This document shows positions 47,349 through 55,848 of a DNA stretch of 64,000 bases, in pieces. This stretch comes from Thermoplasmata archaeon (GTDB lineage Archaea > Thermoplasmatota > Thermoplasmata > Halarchaeoplasmatales > Halarchaeoplasmataceae). The notes beneath the pieces were generated by a model. The model ran no database searches. It saw only the letters and a program-made list of their open reading frames with translations, and was not told the DNA's origin. The stretch's first letter is position 1. The number at the start of each line of letters is the position of its first letter. The translations under genes and the position numbers were made by a program. The stretch covers positions 2,224 through 66,223 of the forward strand of contig PWHR01000093.1 of assembly GCA_003554965.1 (NCBI GenBank), read 5' to 3'.

Positions 47349-48350
47349 ATGAGAGTAGAAAGTGTGTTAGAGTTGGTTGGAAAAACCCCTTTAATCGGGC
47401 TTGAAAAAGTCAACCCCAATCCAGAAGTACCTATCTATGCAAAGTTTGAAAAATTCAATCCGATGGGATCGGTGAAGGACAGGATCGCTATAGAGATATT
47501 AGAGGAGGCGGAAAGAGAGGGTAAAATAGACGATGATACGGTGATTGTAGAGGCAACTAGCGGAAATACAGGACTAGGTCTAGCGATGGCGTGTGCAGTC
47601 AAGGATTACCATCTGCACCTTACAATGTCGAGAGGCGTCAGTATCGAGCGGATCAGGATGTTGACGGCACTTGGGGCTGAGATAGAGTTCACACCGGAAG
47701 AAGAAGGGACCGACGGAGCGATAAAAAGAGCTGAAGAACTAGAAGAAGAGAGGGAAAATTTTTGGAGACCGGACCAGTTCAACAATGAAGCCAATGTGGA
47801 AGCACACTACAAAACAACCGGAAAGGAGATAATAGACGAGGTGGGAGACGAGATGACCCATTTTGTGGCCGGTATGGGGACCACCGGGACTTTGATGGGT
47901 GTTTCTAAAAGGTTGAAAGAACACGATCCTGATATCAAGATAGTGGGGGTGGAACCTACAGAAGATTACAATATACAGGGTCTGAAAAATATGACCGTGG
48001 ATATCGTACCAGGGATCTATGAACCGGAACGATTGGATGAGATCAGAACCATACAAGATAAGGATGCGTTCTGTACCGCTAGAGAGTTAGCGATCCATGA
48101 AGGACTCTTTGTAGGCATGAGTTCGGGGGCTGCCGTTTATATTTCCCAGCAGATAGCATCGGAGATAGATGAGGGTTTCATAGTCACTCTGCTCCCTGAT
48201 GGAGGAGAAAGATATTTCAGTACATCACTCTTCGATATGGAAGAATGTTTAAGGTGCATGTACGAGGATGGTGAAAACTTCTACCATCCACCTGAAGATA
48301 AGGATGAATATTTAGAGGAGATAAAGAGCATAATAGGAAAGAAGACTTAA
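47349..48350 (+). CDS. Cysteine synthase family (PLP-dependent CysK/CysM-like)
   Basis: FNPMGSVKDRIA PLP-lysine motif. TSGNTGLGLA. GTTGT. Confidence 0.8.
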   Translation: MRVESVLELVGKTPLIGLEKVNPNPEVPIYAKFEKFNPMGSVKDRIAIEILEEAEREGKIDDDTVIVEATSGNTGLGLAMACAVKDYHLHLTMSRGVSIERIRMLTALGAEIEFTPEEEGTDGAIKRAEELEEERENFWRPDQFNNEANVEAHYKTTGKEIIDEVGDEMTHFVAGMGTTGTLMGVSKRLKEHDPDIKIVGVEPTEDYNIQGLKNMTVDIVPGIYEPERLDEIRTIQDKDAFCTARELAIHEGLFVGMSSGAAVYISQQIASEIDEGFIVTLLPDGGERYFSTSLFDMEECLRCMYEDGENFYHPPEDKDEYLEEIKSIIGKKT

Positions 48351-48355
48351 AAAGC

Positions 48356-48817
48356 GTGATAGCTATGAGTGGAAGCGATGAGGGAGATGATGGCAACGAT
48401 TTTCAAGTCACTATCGAACGGTTGGAGAACTATCAGTTCAAGATCAGCTTCGATAAAGATGGTATGGAAGATCTTTTAACCGATGAGACTGAAGAAGTCG
48501 GTGGTGAAGAAGAGGGACCAAATCCTAGTCGTTTGCTAGCTGCCTCTGTTTTGAACTGCCTATCGGCTAGTCTGACTTTTTGTTTGAATAAAAAGAGATT
48601 GGATATCTCTTCATTAAAAGGCGAGGTAACAGGAAAGACTGAAAGGATTGATGGAAGGTTGAGAGTCACTGACCTCAATGTGAATATAAATCCTGTCCTA
48701 GCTGATGCGGCTGATGAAGAAAAGTTGAAGCAGTGCATAGACATTTTTGAGGATTACTGCGTTGTCACCCAGAGTGTAAGGAGAGGGATCGATATAGAAG
48801 TTGAAGTCGAGGTGTAA
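48356..48817 (+). CDS. OsmC/Ohr-family protein
   Basis: About 150 aa. Two conserved Cys (LNCLSASLTFCL). OsmC-like length. Confidence 0.6.
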   Translation: MIAMSGSDEGDDGNDFQVTIERLENYQFKISFDKDGMEDLLTDETEEVGGEEEGPNPSRLLAASVLNCLSASLTFCLNKKRLDISSLKGEVTGKTERIDGRLRVTDLNVNINPVLADAADEEKLKQCIDIFEDYCVVTQSVRRGIDIEVEVEV

Positions 48818-48840
48818 ATATTAGGAGAACAGAGAAAGAT

Positions 48841-49380
48841 GTGGATGATATTGATCTTATATCAAATAAGATAAAAGGATGTAAACTCTGCAGGCTGCAC
48901 GAAAAACGCACCAATGCGGTTCCGGGCGAAGGAGATTCCAAGGCAAAAGTCGTGCTGATCGGAGAGGCTCCAGGAAAACAGGAGGATAAAGCAGGCAGAC
49001 CTTTCGTTGGTCGGGCTGGAGAACTTTTGAATGAACTTCTAAGGAGCATAGATCTCTCTAGAGAAGAGGTATTCATAACCAACATGGTGAAATGCAGACC
49101 GCCGGATAATCGTGATCCTAGAAAAGACGAGAAAGAGACCTGCTCTTCTTATCTTCAAAAACAGCTTAACTTGATCGATCCGCAGGTCATCGTAACTCTT
49201 GGAAACCACGCAACTGGGGCCTTCATCGGTGAAGGTGAGATGAAGAAGAGGCATGGAGAAGAATTCATTCACGAGGGAAAAAAATTGATCCCGATGTATC
49301 ATCCTGCAGCTGCACTTTACAATCCGAATCTGAAAAGTACGATGAAAGAGGATATGGAAATGCTCAACAAACAGCTCTGA
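48841..49380 (+). CDS. Uracil-DNA glycosylase, family 4 (Fe-S type)
   Basis: GEAPGKQEDKAGRPFVGRAGELL motif. Four Cys (CKLC, C...C). Confidence 0.8.
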   Translation: MDDIDLISNKIKGCKLCRLHEKRTNAVPGEGDSKAKVVLIGEAPGKQEDKAGRPFVGRAGELLNELLRSIDLSREEVFITNMVKCRPPDNRDPRKDEKETCSSYLQKQLNLIDPQVIVTLGNHATGAFIGEGEMKKRHGEEFIHEGKKLIPMYHPAAALYNPNLKSTMKEDMEMLNKQL

Positions 49381-49442
49381 GACCAGAACAAAAATAAGTA
49401 AATTTTATTTACCCCCTCCTTTCATTAGTTGACCCACTCATC

Positions 49443-49517
49443 GGGCCCATGGCTTAGGTTGGTTATAGCGTCCGGCTGATAACCGGGAGGTCGGGAGTTC
49501 AAATCTCTCTGGGCCCA
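49443..49517 (+). tRNA. tRNA-Ile (anticodon GAT)
   Basis: Acceptor GGGCCCA/TGGGCCC+A. Anticodon arm TCCGG-CTGATAA-CCGGG. T-arm GGGAG-TTCAAAT-CTCTC. Followed by a T6 run. Confidence 0.8.
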
Positions 49518-49579
49518 TTTTTTCCATTCTATTTTGGATAAAAGTTATTTTTCCACTCCTATTTGGGATCATCATCGAT

Positions 49580-49801
49580 ATGTCATTATTGATTATGCTC
49601 GGTCTAGGTATCTTCATGGGAGGTGTAGACATTCTCGCCCACAAAGATGAATATTCATTTTTCTCCCAGGGAAGGGTTGGACTGATATGTGGGAGCATCC
49701 TGGCATGGATAATGTTGCATTGGTGGCATCTATCGCTTGCTCTGATAGGCGTGATACTTGTTGGACCTATTGCATTCGTTTGGAGCAAAGCTTTAGGTTG
49801 A
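49580..49801 (+). CDS. Possible small membrane protein (73 aa, 2-3 TM)
   Basis: Hydrophobic throughout. Only ORF in an otherwise non-coding gap. No motif. Confidence 0.3.
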   Translation: MSLLIMLGLGIFMGGVDILAHKDEYSFFSQGRVGLICGSILAWIMLHWWHLSLALIGVILVGPIAFVWSKALG

Positions 49802-49992
49802 TTTGGAATGGACTGTAGATATGAAGAAAATAATTTTTTATAGGCAAATATTGGATAAGCGCCATTTTCTAAGGACGAAACCAATCGATTTTACAAAAAA
49901 TACTGCAATTCGATAAACGACCCGTACAAAGAATATGTGAACATTCAAAAGTTTTATAATTAAGTATGAACTTATCATACATTGTGGTATGA

Positions 49993-50235
49993 ATGATATC
50001 TATAAGGTCCAAGATAGGTGAAAGGGGTCAAGTAGTGATTCCTAAACCTATAAGGGAGATGTTCGATCTAAAAGCAGGAGGGGAAGTGTCTTTCAAAGTA
50101 GAAGATGACAAGATAATCATAGAGGCAAAAAAGGGTGAAGATATCTTGGAAGATTATCTCTCTGAGATAGAGAAAAAGGAAGAACCTGAGGATATCGACT
50201 GGGACGATAAATATTATAGACAATTAGGTGATTGA
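49993..50235 (+). CDS. vapB: AbrB/SpoVT-type antitoxin (VapB-like)
   Basis: SKIGERGQVVIPKPIREMFDLKAGGEV swapped-hairpin motif. 8-nt overlap with the downstream PIN gene. Confidence 0.7.
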   Translation: MISIRSKIGERGQVVIPKPIREMFDLKAGGEVSFKVEDDKIIIEAKKGEDILEDYLSEIEKKEEPEDIDWDDKYYRQLGD

Positions 50236-50647
50236 AGTGTACTATTTTGACAGCAACATTTTCATCCTTCCAGCTCTTTATGAAGGAAGGAGGTCAGAAA
50301 AAGCAAAAGATTGGTTAAAAAAGATGGTGGACGGCGAAATAGAGGCTTCCACCTCAGTTCTCGCTTTAGATGAAATCGTTTGGATAATTTCACGTGAGGC
50401 TGGCAGACAAAAAGCTTTAACGGAAGGCGAGAGGATCCTTGAACTTCCGCATCTAAAATTATTGGATGTGAAAACAGAAGATGCGGTGAGGATGATCAAT
50501 TATCAGAAACGATATGAGGATTTACGACCTCGCGATGCAGTTCATCTCTCAGTGGCGCTACGAAACGGTATCCACACTATCGTATCCGACGACGATGATT
50601 TTAAGGATGTAGAAGAAGTGGGATGGGAAAGTTTAGTGGAGAAATAG
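50228..50647 (+). CDS. vapC: PIN-domain ribonuclease toxin (VapC-like)
   Basis: YYFDSNIFI...LDEIVW...SDDDDF, the conserved acidic PIN residues. Confidence 0.7.
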   Translation: MIEVYYFDSNIFILPALYEGRRSEKAKDWLKKMVDGEIEASTSVLALDEIVWIISREAGRQKALTEGERILELPHLKLLDVKTEDAVRMINYQKRYEDLRPRDAVHLSVALRNGIHTIVSDDDDFKDVEEVGWESLVEK

Positions 50648-50661
50648 GTGGAGGGGGACCA

Positions 50662-51993
50662 TCAACCTTGGAAGGATAAAAATAACCATGTAGGAACGTA
50701 AAAAACCTCCAAGTCTCCGATATTTTCTTTCTTTAGGCTGTTCTTTGTTACTACTATAGATTTATCGATATCCTCTTTCTCAGCGAATTCTACCAATCCT
50801 TTTAAATCGCTCTCCCGTATATCTTCTTTGTACTTGACCTCGATGGGCAATATCTTTTCGAACTTATCGGAAAGGTCGTCTACTACGATTATATCTACCT
50901 CACGATCATTTTTCCAATAATTAATATCATAGTACCTTTTCAGATGATTATATACAGTGGTTTCCACTCTCAACCCTGAATCCATCCTCTCTAAAAACGA
51001 AAAGCCGTGATCAGCTACGTATATCTTTGGATTTTTCCTAAGGCTCTTAAGTTTGGTCTTAGAGTGATGGTTGGACCTGTCTATCAAAAAGGACGTCTCA
51101 AGATGATCTATGTAATTTTTAACAGTCTGGTATTTCGTGTTGAGAGTATCAGATAACTGGTTGTAATTCACTAGTTGTCCTGATTCCTTTGTAAAATAGT
51201 AGAAAAGCCCTTCCAAAACTTCAGTTCTTTTTACAGGTAACATATTCACTATATCCCTATAAAATGTTAAACTTATCATATCACTGAGATAGGTTTTTTT
51301 ATCTTCTTTTTCGTATATCTCTGGAAAGCCACCATTTTCTAAGTACTGGTCAAATCTTATCTTGAGCTCTTCTGAATTTGCTGGGTATTCAAGGTCTTCT
51401 TCCAATATGTTTTTTAATCTAAAACTAGGAGCTTCTGTGTTCTTAAATCTCAGAAACTCCCTAAATGAGAAGGGATGGGTGCGATTCAGTTTGATCCGTC
51501 CCACTAAACTTTCTCCGGCGCCTTTAGTGATATTCATTGAGGAAGAACCAGAAATTATGAATTTCATGGGATAATCCCTATCCCAGAATGATTTTATCTC
51601 CTCGCCCCAGTTTTTCACTTTTTGTACTTCATCTAAAAATATGAATATCTGGTTTTCTAGATTTGAAGGGACCTCTTTCAATATCTTCTGGTAGTAAATT
51701 TGGATTATTTTTTTGACTATTGTTTCCTGTTTTTTCATCCCGTCGAAAGAAAAGTAAAAGATATGTTTAGGAGGTTGTTCTTTTAAAAGAAAATCGATCA
51801 GTTGTCTCATGATGGTGGTTTTTCCAGTTCTTCTCAGGCCTATCAACGCAGATATATCATCTTTGAACATCTCCTTTTTGAGTTCCGGAAATTCTTCTCT
51901 ATATATCAGATTATCCTTTAATTCTATCTCATGTTTTTCCCACCAAGGATTTTGTCGGTTCATCTCTTCTAGGAGTTCTTCTTCACCTATCAT
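50662..51993 (-). CDS. AAA-superfamily ATPase (AAA_14 + DUF4143 'archaeal ATPase' family)
   Basis: IGLRRTGKTT Walker A. IFLDEVQ Walker B. C-terminal DUF4143-like region. Confidence 0.65.
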   Translation of the reverse strand: MIGEEELLEEMNRQNPWWEKHEIELKDNLIYREEFPELKKEMFKDDISALIGLRRTGKTTIMRQLIDFLLKEQPPKHIFYFSFDGMKKQETIVKKIIQIYYQKILKEVPSNLENQIFIFLDEVQKVKNWGEEIKSFWDRDYPMKFIISGSSSMNITKGAGESLVGRIKLNRTHPFSFREFLRFKNTEAPSFRLKNILEEDLEYPANSEELKIRFDQYLENGGFPEIYEKEDKKTYLSDMISLTFYRDIVNMLPVKRTEVLEGLFYYFTKESGQLVNYNQLSDTLNTKYQTVKNYIDHLETSFLIDRSNHHSKTKLKSLRKNPKIYVADHGFSFLERMDSGLRVETTVYNHLKRYYDINYWKNDREVDIIVVDDLSDKFEKILPIEVKYKEDIRESDLKGLVEFAEKEDIDKSIVVTKNSLKKENIGDLEVFYVPTWLFLSFQG

Positions 51994-52181
51994 CGCTAAT
52001 AATAATGCAGTAACTAGTACAAAAAACTTACTAATTATTCTAGTAGAAGTAACTAAAATACCATCTATTAATCCACTAACTGGATCAAAAAAACCACTCT
52101 CCTTCGTTACTGATCACCGCAAAGTTTAAATGAAATACATCATTAATACATTATTAAGTAGTTAAAGAGGATGTTTGATGT

Positions 52182-52895
52182 ATGTCTGAAATAAGGATGG
52201 TCGTTCCGGATAAATTAGATAAATTCTTGGAGAGTCAGGTCAGGACGGGCACTTTTTCCAGTAAAGCAGAGCTAGCCAGGGTAGCTATCACGGAATATTT
52301 GGAAAGCATATCTACAGTATCTAGAGGCTATGACGAAGAAACTGTGTTCTCTCCTGAGGGGAGAATCTACCAGATGGAATATGCTAGAGAAGCTGGTTAC
52401 AGAGGAAAAACGGTGATAGGAATTGAAGGGAAAGAAGATATAATCATGGCCGCAGACGTAAGTCCTCCCGAACTGGGGTATGAAATTGAGAAGATAACAA
52501 GGACCGATAATGGTCTTATAGTGTCTGGAAGCGGTCTAGGTTTGGATACATTGAAGGTGACGAAGGAACTTGAGAGCTACGAGTTGAACAGATATAGAGA
52601 TCTGAAATACGCTCTGACGGAGATATTTCACGATCATTCATTGAGTAGAAAATTGAGGCCCCTAGGCACAATGCTGCTTATCGGTGCGAACTTCGACGAA
52701 GAGTTATACCTTATCGAAGTAGACAGTTCAGGTGCCCATCGCAGGATGAAAGCTGCAGTGTTGGGGGACAAGAAAGATGAATTAGAAGACAAATTATCTG
52801 AAAAATACGAAGAAGGAATGGACAGCCAAAGCTGCGAGAAGATATGCGAAGATCTTTTAGACGAGTCCGAATCGATACATATCGAGAAGATTTGA
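52182..52895 (+). CDS. Fusion: CopG-type ribbon-helix-helix domain + proteasome alpha-subunit-like core
   Basis: aa 6-42 MVVPDKLDKFLESQVRTGTFSSKAELARVAITEYLES (RHH). Then YDEETVFSPEGRIYQMEYAREAGYRGKTVIGIEGKEDIIMAAD and RPLGTMLLIGANFDEELYLIEVDSSGAHRRMKAAVLG match the PsmA signature and core. Confidence 0.65.
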   Translation: MSEIRMVVPDKLDKFLESQVRTGTFSSKAELARVAITEYLESISTVSRGYDEETVFSPEGRIYQMEYAREAGYRGKTVIGIEGKEDIIMAADVSPPELGYEIEKITRTDNGLIVSGSGLGLDTLKVTKELESYELNRYRDLKYALTEIFHDHSLSRKLRPLGTMLLIGANFDEELYLIEVDSSGAHRRMKAAVLGDKKDELEDKLSEKYEEGMDSQSCEKICEDLLDESESIHIEKI

Positions 52896-52898
52896 GAT

Positions 52899-53465
52899 CT
52901 ATTCAACTATATTCACTTCAGGGCCGTCCATCTCCACTTTCAAGAGTGACTTGATCTCCACGCCCAACTCCTTTTCTAGTTCCTCTTTTATACCAACTTT
53001 TTCGAAGACCACAACGACGTCCACCAAATCAACTCCGATCTTTTGGAGAGCGCTGATTATTCCTTTCAAGGTCCCTCCAGTGCTCAGTACGTCATCGATC
53101 AAAAACACCTTATCGTCCTTTTCTACAAAATTGAGGTACATCTTGGATTCCGAGTATCCTGTCACCTGGTCGATCGAGATCTCTTCATCTAATCCGTACT
53201 TCCTCTTACGGATGAACTTGTAAGGTATACCAGTCCTCATCGACAAAGCTGCGGCGAGTGGAAATCCCATGGATTGAGCGGTCAGGATGTAATCGCAGTC
53301 CAGATCACATCTTTCGATGACTGCATTGACGACCTCTTCAAGTAATCCTGGGTCCACTTCTGGTAGACCGTCGGAGAGAGGATGGATGAAGTAATGATAA
53401 TCGTCCATCTCGACCACTGGCGACTCTTCCACGGATTTTTTCAATCTTTTTAAATCTTCCATCAT
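52899..53465 (-). CDS. Type-I purine phosphoribosyltransferase (Apt/archaeal Hpt-like)
   Basis: VFLIDDVLSTGGTLKG PRPP loop. About 185 aa. Confidence 0.7.
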   Translation of the reverse strand: MMEDLKRLKKSVEESPVVEMDDYHYFIHPLSDGLPEVDPGLLEEVVNAVIERCDLDCDYILTAQSMGFPLAAALSMRTGIPYKFIRKRKYGLDEEISIDQVTGYSESKMYLNFVEKDDKVFLIDDVLSTGGTLKGIISALQKIGVDLVDVVVVFEKVGIKEELEKELGVEIKSLLKVEMDGPEVNIVE

Positions 53466-54724
53466 ATCACTCCTGAAACAAGCTGCTTTGATCTAGCAGT
53501 TGCGTTTTTTATTATCTCCTTTTCTCCCTTTACCTTCCGCTCTTCCATCACGACTTTTCCGTCGATTATCACAGCTGTTACTGAAGAACCGTCCATCGAA
53601 TATATCAGGTTGGAGATATCATCGTGTTCCGGAGTCGCTTTGACGTCCTTATCTAGCAAAATCAGATCAGCTGGTCTTCCTTCTTCGATAACTCCGGATT
53701 TAAAACCCATCGCTTTCGCACCTTCTTTCGTCAACATCTTATAGCATTCTTCTGCACTCATCAAAGTGGCGTCACCTGACATCTTCTGCTGTAATGCAGC
53801 GGTCTTCGCCTCTTCAAGCATATCAAGATTGTTATTGGAAACTGTGCTGTCCGTTCCTAGAGTGACTTCAACACCTTCCTCACTCATCCTTTCATATTCC
53901 ATAGGCTTACCCACTCCCAATTTCATATTAGAGGAGGGATTATGACTCACGGTCACGTTATTCTCCGCAAGTGATGAAAAATCTTGATCTTCGAGCCAAA
54001 CGCAGTGTGCCGCTATTGTCCTCTCATTCAGCAAACCCACCTCGGCTAAATATTCGGAAAAAGTTCCGCTGTAATCCTTTTTGAAATCTTTAGTTTCTTT
54101 TTCAGTCTCTCCAAGATGAATGTTGACCAGGAGATCTTCCTTTTCAGCAAATTCAGAGCACCATTCCAATCCATCTCTCGAAACAGTATAGATGGCGTGC
54201 GGTCCTAGAGCGGGTTTTATGTTCTTACAATCCTTAGCATATTCTACAAAATTTTTAGTAGCCACTATCTCATCTTCTAATTTATCCGGATCTTTCTCAT
54301 CTATCAATCCATAACTCATTACGGCTTTCACCCCCATTTCTTCCACTGCATCCACTGCTGACTCCATAAAGAAGTACATGTCGTTGAAAGCCACTGTACC
54401 TGTTTTTATCATCTCTAGACACGCTAATTTCGTCCCCCAGTAAACATCCTCTGCTTCCAGCTTTTCTTCCAGCGGCCAAACAACTTCTGGCCATGCGTCC
54501 CAAAATTCCCTGTCATCGGCGACTCCTCTGAATAGTGACATCGCGGCATGGGTGTGCGTGTTGAAAAAACCTGGAGAAAGATATTTGTTGGAGGCGTCGA
54601 GTGATTTTGCCCCGTCTTCCTTTTCGCTTATACTCTTTATCTTACCATCATCTATCAGGACATCCCAATTACCTTCTTTACCTATGATCTTCGCATCTTT
54701 TATAACAAGACTCATGCTGGTCAC
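53462..54724 (-). CDS. Amidohydrolase of the MTA/SAH/5'-deoxyadenosine deaminase family (MtaD/DadD-like)
   Basis: GFFNTHTHAAMSLFRG, HLGETEKE and HCVWL motifs typical of the ATZ/TRZ-MtaD family. Confidence 0.75.
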   Translation of the reverse strand: MTSMSLVIKDAKIIGKEGNWDVLIDDGKIKSISEKEDGAKSLDASNKYLSPGFFNTHTHAAMSLFRGVADDREFWDAWPEVVWPLEEKLEAEDVYWGTKLACLEMIKTGTVAFNDMYFFMESAVDAVEEMGVKAVMSYGLIDEKDPDKLEDEIVATKNFVEYAKDCKNIKPALGPHAIYTVSRDGLEWCSEFAEKEDLLVNIHLGETEKETKDFKKDYSGTFSEYLAEVGLLNERTIAAHCVWLEDQDFSSLAENNVTVSHNPSSNMKLGVGKPMEYERMSEEGVEVTLGTDSTVSNNNLDMLEEAKTAALQQKMSGDATLMSAEECYKMLTKEGAKAMGFKSGVIEEGRPADLILLDKDVKATPEHDDISNLIYSMDGSSVTAVIIDGKVVMEERKVKGEKEIIKNATARSKQLVSGVI

Positions 54725-55509
54725 CTCTCTTTCAGGAATATTTCCAATATATTCTTTATATTCTCCCAGTTATCCTGGGCGGTATCGACTATCTCTTCAT
54801 AATCTACTTTTTCATCTTTTACTCCGTTGGCGTAATTATCGATGCTTACCACCGCAGCATACTCAACAGCGGCTTCTTTGCAGAGAGTGGCTTCCGAAGC
54901 CATGGTCATTCCAACTAGATCACCGAAATCGGACAATATCTTCACTTCCGCCTTGGTTTCCAACCTCGGCCCTTCAGTTTGAACATAAACGGCATCATCA
55001 TTTAGATCTTCAAAACCGGCTTCCTGTGATGCCTTCAAAAGCTCTCCTCTCAATCGACCCGACAGTTCAGGAGTCACGTGCTTGATCTTTTCGTTGTAAA
55101 ATGTTATCGGATTCCAGTAGTTAACATAATCATCCGGGATGCTGACACTAGGAACTTCGATCTCCGAGCTCAGGGAACCCGCCGAACATATGCCTATGAC
55201 TTCATCAACTTCCTTCTGCAGGGCATATATGTTCGCTCTGTGGTTTATCCTGTGAGGCGGGATATCATGGTCGGGACCATGCCTTCTCAAAAGTATGACT
55301 TTCTCGCCGTGCAGAGTTCCTTCATACAAAGGTGAAGAAGGGGTACCCCATGGAGTATGCTTTTCTTTCTTCTCTTCGATGTTGAATTCATCCCATTCCG
55401 CGAAACTGGTACCAGCGATGACTCCTATAGCTTCCATCTGATCACAGAGAGGTAATTGATTCAGGAATTTTAAATTTATGCTATGACATAACCCTAATCT
55501 TTTTAGCAC
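54721..55509 (-). CDS. 5'-methylthioadenosine/methylthioinosine (purine nucleoside) phosphorylase
   Basis: GPRLETKAEVKILSDFGDLVGMTMASEATLCKEAAVEYAAV is the MTAP/PNP signature. 4-nt overlap with the deaminase. Confidence 0.8.
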   Translation of the reverse strand: MLKRLGLCHSINLKFLNQLPLCDQMEAIGVIAGTSFAEWDEFNIEEKKEKHTPWGTPSSPLYEGTLHGEKVILLRRHGPDHDIPPHRINHRANIYALQKEVDEVIGICSAGSLSSEIEVPSVSIPDDYVNYWNPITFYNEKIKHVTPELSGRLRGELLKASQEAGFEDLNDDAVYVQTEGPRLETKAEVKILSDFGDLVGMTMASEATLCKEAAVEYAAVVSIDNYANGVKDEKVDYEEIVDTAQDNWENIKNILEIFLKER

Positions 55510-55529
55510 ATAAATACCATCATAATACG

Positions 55530-55844
55530 GTGATAGATATGTTAGCGGAATTTTCGATCGTACCCTTGGATAAGGGGGAAAGCTTGAGCGAGTACGTATC
55601 TAAGATTTTAGATCTTGTAGATGAAAGCGGCTTGGAGTACAGATTGACTCCGATGGGAACCATCGTGGAAGGAGACTGGGATGAAGTCATGGGACTTATC
55701 AAAGAATGTCACCACACCATGAGGGAGCACTCTGACAGGATCGAGACAAAGATAATAATCGACGACAGAAAAGGTGCAGAGAACCGTATATCTGGCAAGA
55801 TTGAATCTGTAGAAAATAAACTTGGGAAAGAATTGAAGAAGTGA
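55530..55844 (+). CDS. MTH1187/YkoF-family (DUF77) protein
   Basis: About 100 aa. FSIVPLDKGESLSEYVSKIL...LTPMGTIVEGDWDEVM pattern. Confidence 0.65.
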   Translation: MIDMLAEFSIVPLDKGESLSEYVSKILDLVDESGLEYRLTPMGTIVEGDWDEVMGLIKECHHTMREHSDRIETKIIIDDRKGAENRISGKIESVENKLGKELKK

Positions 55845-55848
55845 TTTC

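Noticed and set aside
49438-49884. 148-aa minus-strand ORF
   Set aside because: It runs straight through tRNA-Ile and the AT-rich spacer. No motif. Spurious.
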